64,000 nt of DNA from assembly GCA_964057225.1 (NCBI GenBank), contig OZ059898.1, forward strand, positions 2,480,001-2,544,000, read 5' to 3'. The first letter of the stretch is position 1, and the number at the start of each line of letters is the position of its first letter. Made by a program: the position numbers and the translations under genes. The notes below the pieces were generated by a model. The model had not been told where the DNA came from. It saw only the letters and a program-made list of their open reading frames with translations, and ran no database searches. Of this stretch, positions 26,501 to 41,418 are shown one piece after another. This DNA is from Auanema rhodensis. Lineage: Eukaryota; Animalia; Nematoda.

Positions 26501-29500
26501 GATGCGGATTTTTAAGCTGCGTCGATCTGTGTTATCAGATTTGCGCTAGCTTAAAAATGCACCGAGATATCAACTGATATAAGTTCACACTTATATCCTC
26601 GATTTTCACCCTGAAAAATTAATTTTTTCGTTGAATAACATTGTCCATCGTCTTTGCCTTGAAAAATGGAATCTAAAAACATCTACTTTTTGCTAAATTA
26701 TTTTGAAATTTTCCGAAAAAATTTTTGTCAAAATGTTTTTGGAAGCAATGTTGAGTGTACATGGAAACTCAACATACACTAATGCATCATTTTTCAAACG
26801 ATCATAACTAATTTTTGTATCAAGCGTTTCTTAATGTAGTATAGTGCATTCGATCCGGATTTTTAAGATGCGTCGATCTGTGTTATCAGATTAGCGCTAG
26901 CTTAAAAATGCACCGAGATATCAACTGATATAAGTTCACACTTATATCCTCGATTTTCACCCTGAAGAAATAATTTTTTCGTTGAATAACATTGTCCATC
27001 GTCTTTGCCTTGAAAAAAGGAATCTAAAAACATCTACTTTTTGCTAAATTATTTTGAAATTTTTCGAAAAAATTTTTGTCAAAATGTTTTTGGAAGCAAT
27101 GTTGAGTGTACATGGAAACTCAACATACACTAATGCATCATTTTTCAAACGATCACAACTAATTTTTGTATCAAGCGTTTCTTAATGTAGTATAGTGCAT
27201 TCGATCCGGATTTTTAAGATGCGTCGATCTGTGTTATCAGATTAGCGCTAGCTTAAAAATGCACCGAGATATCAACTGATATAAGTTCACACTTATATCC
27301 TCGATTTTCACCCTGAAGAAATAATTTTTTCGTTGAATAACATTGTCCATCGTCTTTGCCTTGAAAAAAGGAATCTAAAAACATCTACTTTTTGCTAAAT
27401 TATTTTGAAATTTTTCGAAAAAATTTTTGTCAAAATGTTTTTGGAAGCAATGTTGAGTGTACATGGAAACTCAACATACACTAATGCATCATTTTTCAAA
27501 CGATCACAACTAATTTTTGTATCAAGCGTTTCTTAATGTAGTATAGTGCATTCGATCCGGATTTTTAAGATGCGTCGATCTGTGTTATCAGATTAGCGCT
27601 AGCTTAAAAATGCACCGAGATATCAACTGATATAAGTTCACACTTATATCCTCGATTTTCACCCTGAAGAAATAATTTTTTCGTTGAATAACATTGTCCA
27701 TCGTCTTTGCCTTGAAAAAAGGAATCTAAAAACATCTACTTTTTGCTAAATTATTTTGAAATTTTTCGAAAAAATTTTTGTCAAAATGTTTTTGGAAGCA
27801 ATGTTGAGTGTACATGGAAACTCAACATACACTAATGCATCATTTTTCAAACGATCATAACTAATTTTTGTATCAAGTGTTTCTCAATGTAATATAGTGC
27901 ATTCGATGCGGATTTTTAAGCTGCGTCGATCTGTGTTATCAGATTTGCGCTAGCTTAAAAATGCACCGAGATATCAACTGATATAAGTTCACACTTATAT
28001 CCTCGATTTTCACCCTGAAAAATTAATTTTTTCGTTGAATAACATTGTCCATCGTCTTTGCCTTGAAAAATGGAATCTAAAAACATCTACTTTTTGCTAA
28101 ATTATTTTGAAATTTTCCGAAAAAATTTTTGTCAAAATGTTTTTGGAAGCAATGTTGAGTGTACATGGAAACTCAACATACACTAATGCATCATTTTTCA
28201 AACGATCATAACTAATTTTTGTATCAAGCGTTTCTTAATGTAGTATAGTGCATTCGATCCGGATTTTTAAGATGCGTCGATCTGTGTTATCAGATTAGCG
28301 CTAGCTTAAAAATGCACCGAGATATCAACTGATATAAGTTCACACTTATATCCTCGATTTTCACCCTGAAGAAATAATTTTTTCGTTGAATAACATTGTC
28401 CATCGTCTTTGCCTTGAAAAAAGGAATCTAAAAACATCTACTTTTTGCTAAATTATTTTGAAATTTTTCGAAAAAATTTTTGTCAAAATGTTTTTGGAAG
28501 CAATGTTGAGTGTACATGGAAACTCAACATACACTAATGCATCATTTTTCAAACGATCACAACTAATTTTTGTATCAAGCGTTTCTTAATGTAGTATAGT
28601 GCATTCGATCCGGATTTTTAAGATGCGTCGATCTGTGTTATCAGATTAGCGCTAGCTTAAAAATGCACCGAGATATCAACTGATATAAGTTCACACTTAT
28701 ATCCTCGATTTTCACCCTGAAGAAATAATTTTTTCGTTGAATAACATTGTCCATCGTCTTTGCCTTGAAAAAAGGAATCTAAAAACATCTACTTTTTGCT
28801 AAATTATTTTGAAATTTTTCGAAAAAATTTTTGTCAAAATGTTTTTGGAAGCAATGTTGAGTGTACATGGAAACTCAACATACACTAATGCATCATTTTT
28901 CAAACGATCACAACTAATTTTTGTATCAAGCGTTTCTTAATGTAGTATAGTGCATTCGATCCGGATTTTTAAGATGCGTCGATCTGTGTTATCAGATTAG
29001 CGCTAGCTTAAAAATGCACCGAGATATCAACTGATATAAGTTCACACTTATATCCTCGATTTTCACCCTGAAGAAATAATTTTTTCGTTGAATAACATTG
29101 TCCATCGTCTTTGCCTTGAAAAAAGGAATCTAAAAACATCTACTTTTTGCTAAATTATTTTGAAATTTTTCGAAAAAATTTTTGTCAAAATGTTTTTGGA
29201 AGCAATGTTGAGTGTACATGGAAACTCAACATACACTAATGCATCATTTTTCAAACGATCACAACTAATTTTTGTATCAAGCGTTTCTTAATGTAGTATA
29301 GTGCATTCGATCCGGATTTTTAAGATGCGTCGATCTGTGTTATCAGATTAGCGCTAGCTTAAAAATGCACCGAGATATCAACTGATATAAGTTCACACTT
29401 ATATCCTCGATTTTCACCCTGAAGAAATAATTTTTTCGTTGAATAACATTGTCCATCGTCTTTGCCTTGAAAAAAGGAATCTAAAAACATCTACTTTTTG

Positions 29501-32440
29501 CTAAATTATTTTGAAATTTTTCGAAAAAATTTTTGTCAAAATGTTTTTGGAAGCAATGTTGAGTGTACATGGAAACTCAACATACACTAATGCATCATTT
29601 TTCAAACGATCATAACTAATTTTTGTATCAAGTGTTTCTCAATGTAATATAGTGCATTCGACGCGGATTTTTAAGCTGCGTCGATCTGTGTTATCAGATT
29701 TGCGCTAGCTTAAAAATGCACCGAGATATCAACTGATATAAGTTCACACTTATATCCTCGATTTTCACCCTGAAAAATTAATTTTTTCGTTGAATAACAT
29801 TGTCCATCGTCTTTGCCTTGAAAAATGGAATCTAAAAACATCTACTTTTTGCTAAATTATTTTGAAATTTTCCGAAAAAATTTTTGTCAAAATGTTTTTG
29901 GAAGCAATGTTGAGTGTACATGGAAACTCAACATACACTAATGCATCATTTTTCAAACGATCATAACTAATTTTTGTATCAAGCGTTTCTTAATGTAGTA
30001 TAGTGCATTCGATCCGGATTTTTAAGATGCGTCGATCTGTGTTATCAGATTAGCGCTAGCTTAAAAATGCACCGAGATATCAACTGATATAAGTTCACAC
30101 TTATATCCTCGATTTTCACCCTGAAGAAATAATTTTTTCGTTGAATAACATTGTCCATCGTCTTTGCCTTGAAAAAAGGAATCTAAAAACATCTACTTTT
30201 TGCTAAATTATTTTGAAATTTTTCGAAAAAATTTTTGTCAAAATGTTTTTGGAAGCAATGTTGAGTGTACATGGAAACTCAACATACACTAATGCATCAT
30301 TTTTCAAACGATCACAACTAATTTTTGTATCAAGCGTTTCTTAATGTAGTATAGTGCATTCGATCCGGATTTTTAAGATGCGTCGATCTGTGTTATCAGA
30401 TTAGCGCTAGCTTAAAAATGCACCGAGATATCAACTGATATAAGTTCACACTTATATCCTCGATTTTCACCCTGAAGAAATAATTTTTTCGTTGAATAAC
30501 ATTGTCCATCGTCTTTGCCTTGAAAAAAGGAATCTAAAAACATCTACTTTTTGCTAAATTATTTTGAAATTTTTCGAAAAAATTTTTGTCAAAATGTTTT
30601 TGGAAGCAATGTTGAGTGTACATGGAAACTCAACATACACTAATGCATCATTTTTCAAACGATCACAACTAATTTTTGTATCAAGCGTTTCTTAATGTAG
30701 TATAGTGCATTCGATCCGGATTTTTAAGATGCGTCGATCTGTGTTATCAGATTAGCGCTAGCTTAAAAATGCACCGAGATATCAACTGATATAAGTTCAC
30801 ACTTATATCCTCGATTTTCACCCTGAAGAAATAATTTTTTCGTTGAATAACATTGTCCATCGTCTTTGCCTTGAAAAAAGGAATCTAAAAACATCTACTT
30901 TTTGCTAAATTATTTTGAAATTTTTCGAAAAAATTTTTGTCAAAATGTTTTTGGAAGCAATGTTGAGTGTACATGGAAACTCAACATACACTAATGCATC
31001 ATTTTTCAAACGATCATAACTAATTTTTGTATCAAGTGTTTCTCAATGTAATATAGTGCATTCGATGCGGATTTTTAAGCTGCGTCGATCTGTGTTATCA
31101 GATTTGCGCTAGCTTAAAAATGCACCGAGATATCAACTGATATAAGTTCACACTTATATCCTCGATTTTCACCCTGAAAAATTAATTTTTTCGTTGAATA
31201 ACATTGTCCATCGTCTTTGCCTTGAAAAATGGAATCTAAAAACATCTACTTTTTGCTAAATTATTTTGAAATTTTTCGAAAAAATTTTTGTCAAAATGTT
31301 TTTGGAAGCAATGTTGAGTGTACATGGAAACTCAACATACACTAATGCATCATTTTTCAAACGATCATAACTAATTTTTGTATCAAGCGTTTTTCAATGT
31401 AGCATAGTGCATTCGATGCGGATTTTTAAGCTGCGTCGAGCTGTGTTATCAGATTTGCGCTAGCTTAAAAATGCACCGAGATATCAACTGATATAAGTTC
31501 ACACTTATATCCTCGAGTTTCACCCTGAGGAAGTAATTTTTTTGTTGAATAACATTGTCCATCGTCTTTGCCTTGAAAAATGGAATCTAAAAACATCTAC
31601 TTTTTGCTAAATTATTTTGAAATTTTTCGAAAAAATTTTTGTCAAAATGTTTTTGGAAGCAATGTTGAGTGTACATGGAAACTCAACATACACTAATGCA
31701 TCATTTTTCAAACGATCATAACTAATTTTTGTATCAAGCGTTTCTTAATGTAGTATAGTGCATTCGATCCGGATTTTTAAGATGCGTCGATCTGTGTTAT
31801 CAGATTTGCGCTAGCTTAAAAATGCACCGAGATATCAACTGATATAAGTTCACACTTATATCCTCGATTTTCACCCTGAAGAATTAATTTTTTCGTTGAA
31901 TAACATTGTCTATCGTCTTTGCCTTGAGAAATGGAATCTAAAAACATCTACTTTCTGCTAAATTATTTTGAAATTTTTCGAAAAAATTTTTGTCAAAATG
32001 TTTTTGGAAGCAATGTTGAGTGTACATGGAAACTCAACATACACTAATGCATCATTTTTCAAACGATCATAACTAATTTTTGTATCAAGCGTTTTTCAAT
32101 GTAGTATAGTGCATTCGATGCGGATTTTTAAGCTGCGTCGAGCTGTGTTATCAGATTTGCGCTAGCTTAAAAATGCACCGAGATATCAACTGATATAAGT
32201 TCACACTTATATCCTCGATTTTCACCCTGAAGAAATAATTTTTTTGTTGAATAACATTGTCCATCGTCTTTGCCTTGAAAAATGGAATCTAAAAACATCT
32301 ACTTTTTGCTAAATTATTTTGAAATTTTTCGAAAAAATTTTTGTCAAAATGTTTTTGGAAGCAATGTTGAGTGTACATGGAAACTCAACATACACTAATG
32401 CATCATTTTTCAAACGATCATAACTAATTTTTGTATCAAG
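20527..32440. repeat. Copy 2 of the 34-monomer tandem duplication
   Basis: Matching private variants at 24057, 24470, 25649 and 29662. The match ends at 32441 (C versus T at 20507). Confidence 0.93.
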
Positions 32441-35400
32441 CGTTTTTCAATGTAGTATAGTGCATTCGATGCGGATTTTTAAGCTGCGTCGAGCTGTGTT
32501 ATCAGATTTGCGCTAGCTTAAAAATGCACCGAGATATCAACTGATATAAGTTCACACTTATATCCTCGATTTTCACCCTGAGGAAGTAATTTTTTCGTTG
32601 AATAACATTGTCCATCGTCTTTGCCTTGAAAAATGGAATCTAAAAACATCTACTTTTTGCTAAATTATTTTGAAATTTTTCGAAAAAATTTTTGTCAAAA
32701 TGTTTTTGGAAGCAATGTTGAGTGTACATGGAAACTCAACATACACTAATGCATCATTTTTCAAACGATCATAACTAATTTTTGTATCAAGCGTTTCTTA
32801 ATGTAGTATAGTGCATTCGATCCGGATTTTTAAGATGCGTCGATCTGTGTTATCAGATTTGCGCTAGCTTAAAAATGCACCGAGATATCAACTGATATAA
32901 GTTCACACTTATATCCTCGATTTTCACCCTGAAGAAATAATTTTTTCGTTGAATAACATTGTCCATCGTCTTTGCCTTGAAAAAAGGAATCTAAAAACAT
33001 CTACTTTTTGCTAAATTATTTTGAAATTTTTCGAAAAAATTTTTGTCAAAATGTTTTTGGAAGCAATGTTGAGTGTACATGGAAACTCAACATACACTAA
33101 TGCATCATTTTTCAAACGATCATAACTAATTTTTGTATCAAGCGTTTTTCAATGTAGTATAGTGCATTCGATGCGGATTTTTAAGCTGCGTCGAGCTGTG
33201 TTATCAGATTTGCGCTAGCTTAAAAATGCACCGAGATATCAACTGATATAAGTTCACACTTATATCCTCGAGTTTCACCCTGAGGAAGTAATTTTTTTGT
33301 TGAATAACATTGTCCATCGTCTTTGCCTTGAAAAATGGAATCTAAAAACATCTACTTTTTGCTAAATTATTTTGAAATTTTTCGAAAAAATTTTTGTCAA
33401 AATGTTTTTGGAAGCAATGTTGAGTGTACATGGAAACTCAACATACACTAATGCATCATTTTTCAAACGATCATAACTAATTTTTGTATCAAGCGTTTCT
33501 TAATGTAGTATAGTGCATTCGATCCGGATTTTTAAGATGCGTCGATCTGTGTTATCAGATTTGTGCTAGCTTAAAAATGCACCGAGATATCAACTGATAT
33601 AAGTTCACACTTATATCCTCGATTTTCACCCTGAAGAATTAATTTTTTCGTTGAATAACATTGTCTATCGTCTTTGCCTTGAGAAATGGAATCTAAAAAC
33701 ATCTACTTTCTGCTAAATTATTTTGAAATTTTTCGAAAAAATTTTTGTCAAAATGTTTTTGGAAGCAATGTTGAGTGTACATGGAAACTCAACATACACT
33801 AATGCATCATTTTTCAAACGATCATAACTAACTTTTGTATCAAGCGTTTTTCAATGTAGTATAGTGCATTCGATGCGGATTTTTAAGCTGCGTCGAGCTG
33901 TGTTATCAGATTTGCGCTAGCTTAAAAATGCACCGAGATATCAACTGATATAAGTTCACACTTATATCCTCGATTTTCACCCTGAAGAAATAATTTTTTT
34001 GTTGAATAACATTGTCCATCGTCTTTGCCTTGAAAAATGGAATCTAAAAACATCTACTTTTTGCTAAATTATTTTGAAATTTTTCGAAAAAATTTTTGTC
34101 AAAATGTTTTTGGAAGCAATGTTGAGTGTACATGGAAACTCAACATACACTAATGCATCATTTTTCAAACGATCATAACTAATTTTTGTATCAAGCGTTT
34201 CTTAATGTAGTATAGTGCATTCGATCCGGATTTTTAAGATGCGTCGATCTGTGTTATCAGATTTGCGCTAGCTTAAAAATGCACCGAGATATCAACTGAT
34301 ATAAGTTCACACTTATATCCTCGATTTTCACCCTGAAGAATTAATTTTTTCGTTGAATAACATTGTCCATCGTCTTTGCCTTGAAAAATGGAATCTAAAA
34401 ACATCTACTTTTTGCTAAATTATTTTGAAATTTTTCGAAAAAATTTTTGTCAAAATGTTTTTGGAAGCAATGTTGAGTGTACATGGAAACTCAACATACA
34501 CTAATGCATCATTTTTCAAACGATCATAACTAATTTTTGTATCAAGCGTTTCTTAATGTAGTATAGTGCATTCGATCCGGATTTTTAAGATGCGTCGATC
34601 TGTGTTATCAGATTTGCGCTAGCTTAAAAATGCACCGAGATATCAACTGATATAAGTTCACACTTATATCCTCGATTTTCACCCTGAAGAATTAATTTTT
34701 TCGTTGAATAACATTGTCCATCGTCTTTGCCTTGAAAAATGGAATCTAAAAACATCTACTTTTTGCTAAATTATTTTGAAATTTTTCGAAAAAATTTTTG
34801 TCAAAATGTTTTTGGAAGCAATGTTGAGTGTACATGGAAACTCAACATACACTAATGCATCATTTTTCAAACGATCATAACTAATTTTTGTATCAAGCGT
34901 TTCTTAATGTAGTATAGTGCATTCGATCCGGATTTTTAAGATGCGTCGATCTGTGTTATCAGATTTGCGCTAGCTTAAAAATGCACCGAGATATCAACTG
35001 ATATAAGTTCACACTTATATCCTCGATTTTCACCCTGAAGAAATAATTTTTTCGTTGAATAACATTGTCCATCGTCTTTGCCTTGAAAAAAGGAATCTAA
35101 AAACATCTACTTTTTGCTAAATTATTTTGAAATTTTTCGAAAAAATTTTTGTCAAAATGTTTTTGGAAGCAATGTTGAGTGTACATGGAAACTCAACATA
35201 CACTAATGCATCATTTTTCAAACGATCATAACTAATTTTTGTATCAAGCGTTTTTCAATGTAGTATAGTGCATTCGATGCGGATTTTTAAGCTGCGTCGA
35301 GCTGTGTTATCAGATTTGCGCTAGCTTAAAAATGCACCGAGATATCAACTGATATAAGTTCACACTTATATCCTCGATTTTCACCCTGAAGAAATAATTT

Positions 35401-37206
35401 TTTTGTTGAATAACATTGTCCATCATCTTTGCCTTGAAAAATGGAATCTAAAAACATCTACTTTTTGCTAAATTATTTTGAAATTTTTCGAAAAAATTTT
35501 TGTCAAAATGTTTTTGGAAGCAATGTTGAGTGTACATGGAAACTCAACATACACTAATGCATCATTTTTCAAACGATCATAACTAATTTTTGTATCAAGT
35601 GTTTCTCAATGTAATATAGTGCATTCGATGCGGATTTTTAAGCTGCGTCGATCTGTGTTATCAGATTTGCGCTAGCTTAAAAATGCACCGAGATATCAAC
35701 TGATATAAGTTCACACTTATATCCTCGATTTTCACCCTGAAAAATTAATTTTTTCGTTGAATAACATTGTCCATCGTCTTTGCCTTGAAAAATGGAATCT
35801 AAAAACATCTACTTTTTGCTAAATTATTTTGAAATTTTCCGAAAAAATTTTTGTCAAAATGTTTTTGGAAGCAATGTTGAGTGTACATGGAAACTCAACA
35901 TACACTAATGCATCATTTTTCAAACGATCATAACTAATTTTTGTATCAAGCGTTTCTTAATGTAGTATAGTGCATTCGATCCGGATTTTTAAGATGCGTC
36001 GATCTGTGTTATCAGATTAGCGCTAGCTTAAAAATGCACCGAGATATCAACTGATATAAGTTCACACTTATATCCTCGATTTTCACCCTGAAGAAATAAT
36101 TTTTTCGTTGAATAACATTGTCCATCGTCTTTGCCTTGAAAAAAGGAATCTAAAAGCATCTACTTTTTGCTAAATTATTTTGAAATTTTTCGAAAAAATT
36201 TTTGTCAAAATGTTTTTGGAAGCAATGTTGAGTGTACATGGAAACTCAACATACACTAATGCATCATTTTTCAAACGATCATAACTAATTTTTGTATCAA
36301 GTGTTTCTCAATGTAATATAGTGCATTCGATGCGGATTTTTAAGCTGCGTCGATCTGTGTTATCAGATTTGCGCTAGCTTAAAAATGCACCGAGATATCA
36401 ACTGATATAAGTTCACACTTATATCCTCGATTTTCACCCTGAAAAATTAATTTTTTAGTTGAATAACATTGTCCATCGTCTTTGCCTTGAAAAATGGAAT
36501 CTAAAAACATCTACTTTTTGCTAAATTATTTTGAAATTTTTCGAAAAAATTTTTGTCAAAATGTTTTTGGAAGCAATGTTGAGTGTACATGGAAACTCAA
36601 CATACACTAATGCATCATTTTTCAAACGATCATAACTAATTTTTGTATCAAGCGTTTCTTAATGTAGTATAGTGCATTCGATCCGGATTTTTAAGATGCG
36701 TCGATCTGTGTTATCAGATTAGCGCTAGCTTAAAAATGCACCGAGATATCAACTGATATAAGTTCACACTTATATCCTCGATTTTCACCCTGAAGAAATA
36801 ATTTTTTCGTTGAATAACATTGTCCATCGTCTTTGCCTTGAAAAAAGGAATCTAAAAACATCTACTTTTTGCTAAATTATTTTGAAATTTTTCGAAAAAA
36901 TTTTTGTCAAAATGTTTTTGGAAGCAATGTTGAGTGTACATGGAAACTCAACATACACTAATGCATCATTTTTCAAACGATCATAACTAATTTTTGTATC
37001 AAGTGTTTCTCAATGTAATATAGTGCATTCGATGCGGATTTTTAAGCTGCGTCGATCTGTGTTATCAGATTTGCGCTAGCTTAAAAATGCACCGAGATAT
37101 CAACTGATATAAGTTCACACTTATATCCTCGATTTTCACCCTGAAAAATTAATTTTTTCGTTGAATAACATTGTCCATCGTCTTTGCCTTGAAAAATGGA
37201 ATCTAA

Positions 37207-40200
37207 AAACATCTACTTTTTGCTAAATTATTTTGAAATTTTTCGAAAAAATTTTTGTCAAAATGTTTTTGGAAGCAATGTTGAGTGTACATGGAAACTC
37301 AACATACACTAATGCATCATTTTTCAAACGATCATAACTAATTTTTGTATCAAGCGTTTCTTAATGTAGTATAGTGCATTCGATCCGGATTTTTAAGATG
37401 CGTCGATCTGTGTTATCAGATTTGCGCTAGCTTAAAAATGCACCGAGATATCAACTGATATAAGTTCACACTTATATCCTCGATTTTCACCCTGAAGAAA
37501 TAATTTTTTCGTTGAATAACATTGTCCATCGTCTTTGCCTTGAAAAAAGGAATCTAAAAACATCTACTTTTTGCTAAATTATTTTGAAATTTTTCGAAAA
37601 AATTTTTGTCAAAATGTTTTTGGAAGCAATGTTGAGTGTACATGGAAACTCAACATACACTAATGCATCATTTTTCAAACGATCATAACTAATTTTTGTA
37701 TCAAGCGTTTTTCAATGTAGTATAGTGCATTCGATGCGGATTTTTAAGCTGCGTCGAGCTGTGTTATCAGATTTGCGCTAGCTTAAAAATGCACCGAGAT
37801 ATCAACTGATATAAGTTCACACTTATATCCTCGAGTTTCACCCTGAGGAAGTAATTTTTTTGTTGAATAACATTGTCCATCGTCTTTGACTTGAAAAATG
37901 GAATCTAAAAACATCTACTTTTTGCTGAATTATTTTGAAATTTTTCGAAAAAATTTTTGTCAAAATGTTTTTGGAAGCAATGTTGAGTGTACATGGAAAC
38001 TCAACATACACTAATGCATCATTTTTCAAACGATCATAACTAATTTTTGTATCAAGCGTTTCTTAATGTAGTATAGTGCATTCGATCCGGATTTTTAAGA
38101 TGCGTCGATCTGTGTTATCAGATTTGCGCTAGCTTAAAAATGCACCGAGATATCAACTGATATAAGTTCACACTTATATCCTCGATTTTCACCCTGAAGA
38201 ATTAATTTTTTCGTTGAATAACATTGTCTATCGTCTTTGCCTTGAGAAATGGAATCTAAAAACATCTACTTTCTGCTAAATTATTTTGAAATTTTTCGAA
38301 AAAATTTTTGTCAAAATGTTTTTGGAAGCAATGTTGAGTGTACATGGAAACTCAACATACACTAATGCATCATTTTTCAAACGATCATAACTAATTTTTG
38401 TATCAAGCGTTTTTCAATGTAGTATAGTGCATTCGATCCGGATTTTTAAGATGCGTCGATCTGTGTTATCAGATTTGCGCTAGCTTAAAAATGCACCGAG
38501 ATATCAACTGATATAAGTTCACACTTATATCCTCGAGTTTCACCCTGAGGAAGTAATTTTTTTGTTGAATAACATTGTCCATCGTCTTTGCCTTGAACAA
38601 TGGAATCTAAAAACATCTACTTTTTGCTGAATTATTTTGAAATTTTTCGAAAAAATTTTTGTCAAAATGTTTTTGGAAGCAATGTTGAGTGTACATGGAA
38701 ACTCAACATACACTAATGCATCATTTTTCAAACGATCATAACTAATTTTTGTATCAAGCGTTTCTTAATGTAGTATAGTGCATTCGATCCGGATTTTTAA
38801 GATGCGTCGATCTGTGTTATCAGATTTGCGCTAGCTTAAAAATGCACCGAGATATCAACTGATATAAGTTCACACTTATATCCTCGATTTTCACCCTGAA
38901 GAATTAATTTTTTCGTTGAATAACATTGTCTATCGTCTTTGCCTTGAGAAATGGAATCTAAAAACATCTACTTTCTGCTAAATTATTTTGAAATTTTTCG
39001 AAAAAATTTTTGTCAAAATGTTTTTGGAAGCAATGTTGAGTGTACATGGAAACTCAACATACACTAATGCATCATTTTTCAAACGATCATAACTAATTTT
39101 TGTATCAAGCGTTTTTCAATGTAGTATAGTGCATTCGATGCGGATTTTTAAGCTGCGTCGAGCTGTGTTATCAGATTTGCGCTAGCTTAAAAATGCACCG
39201 AGATATCAACTGATATAAGTTCACACTTATATCCTCGATTTTCACCCTGAAGAAATAATTTTTTTGTTGAATAACATTGTCCATCGTCTTTGCCTTGAAA
39301 AATGGAATCTAAAAACATCTACTTTTTGCTAAATTATTTTGAAATTTTTCGAAAAAATTTTTGTCAAAATGTTTTTGGAAGCAATGTTGAGTGTACATGG
39401 AAACTCAACATACACTAATGCATCATTTTTCAAACGATCATAACTAATTTTTGTATCAAGCGTTTCTTAATGTAGTATAGTGCATTCGATCCGGATTTTT
39501 AAGATGCGTCGATCTGTGTTATCAGATTTGCGCTAGCTTAAAAATGCACCGAGATATCAACTGATATAAGTTCACACTTATATCCTCGATTTTCACCCTG
39601 AAGAAATAATTTTTTCGTTGAATAACATTGTCCATCGTCTTTGCCTTGAAAAAAGGAATCTAAAAACATCTACTTTTTGCTAAATTATTTTGAAATTTTT
39701 CGAAAAAATTTTTGTCAAAATGTTTTTGGAAGCAATGTTGAGTGTACATGGAAACTCAACATACACTAATGCATCATTTTTCAAACGATCATAACTAATT
39801 TTTGTATCAAGCGTTTTTCAATGTAGTATAGTGCATTCGATGCGGATTTTTAAGCTGCGTCGAGCTGTGTTATCAGATTTGCGCTAGCTTAAAAATGCAC
39901 CGAGATATCAACTGATATAAGTTCACACTTATATCCTCGAGTTTCACCCTGAGGAAGTAATTTTTTTGTTGAATAACATTGTCCATCGTCTTTGACTTGA
40001 AAAATGGAATCTAAAAACATCTACTTTTTGCTGAATTATTTTGAAATTTTTCGAAAAAATTTTTGTCAAAATGTTTTTGGAAGCAATGTTGAGTGTACAT
40101 GGAAACTCAACATACACTAATGCATCATTTTTCAAACGATCATAACTAATTTTTGTATCAAGCGTTTCTTAATGTAGTATAGTGCATTCGATCCGGATTT

Positions 40201-41418
40201 TTAAGATGCGTCGATCTGTGTTATCAGATTTGCGCTAGCTTAAAAATGCACCGAGATATCAACTGATATAAGTTCACACTTATATCCTCGATTTTCACCC
40301 TGAAGAATTAATTTTTTCGTTGAATAACATTGTCTATCGTCTTTGCCTTGAGAAATGGAATCTAAAAACATCTACTTTCTGCTAAATTATTTTGAAATTT
40401 TTCGAAAAAATTTTTGTCAAAATGTTTTTGGAAGCAATGTTGAGTGTACATGGAAACTCAACATACACTAATGCATCATTTTTCAAACGATCATAACTAA
40501 TTTTTGTATCAAGCGTTTTTCAATGTAGTATAGTGCATTCGATCCGGATTTTTAAGATGCGTCGATCTGTGTTATCAGATTTGCGCTAGCTTAAAAATGC
40601 ACCGAGATATCAACTGATATAAGTTCACACTTATATCCTCGAGTTTCACCCTGAGGAAGTAATTTTTTTGTTGAATAACATTGTCCATCGTCTTTGCCTT
40701 GAACAATGGAATCTAAAAACATCTACTTTTTGCTGAATTATTTTGAAATTTTTCGAAAAAATTTTTGTCAAAATGTTTTTGGAAGCAATGTTGAGTGTAC
40801 ATGGAAACTCAACATACACTAATGCATCATTTTTCAAACGATCATAACTAATTTTTGTATCAAGCGTTTCTTAATGTAGTATAGTGCATTCGATCCGGAT
40901 TTTTAAGATGCGTCGATCTGTGTTATCAGATTTGCGCTAGCTTAAAAATGCACCGAGATATCAACTGATATAAGTTCACACTTATATCCTCGATTTTCAC
41001 CCTGAAGAATTAATTTTTTCGTTGAATAACATTGTCTATCGTCTTTGCCTTGAGAAATGGAATCTAAAAACATCTACTTTCTGCTAAATTATTTTGAAAT
41101 TTTTCGAAAAAATTTTTGTCAAAATGTTTTTGGAAGCAATGTTGAGTGTACATGGAAACTCAACATACACTAATGCATCATTTTTCAAACGATCATAACT
41201 AATTTTTGTATCAAGCGTTTTTCAATGTAGTATAGTGCATTCGATGCGGATTTTTAAGCTGCGTCGAGCTGTGTTATCAGATTTGCGCTAGCTTAAAAAT
41301 GCACCGAGATATCAACTGATATAAGTTCACACTTATATCCTCGATTTTCACCCTGAAGAAATAATTTTTTTGTTGAATAACATTGTCCATCGTCTTTGCC
41401 TTGAAAAATGGAATCTAA
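37207..41418. repeat. Tandem duplication of a 6-monomer (2,106 bp) unit (M107-112, M113-118)
   Basis: Private variants TTTGAC, GCTGAATT and GAACAA recur at 2,106 bp spacing. The ORF track shows identical peptides at 37838/39944 and 38540/40646. Confidence 0.93.

Noticed and set aside
37838-40837. Four near-identical 63-aa minus-strand ORFs
   Set aside because: Due to the GCTAAA>GCTGAA variant removing a TAG stop. They track the 6-mer duplication and are not a gene family.
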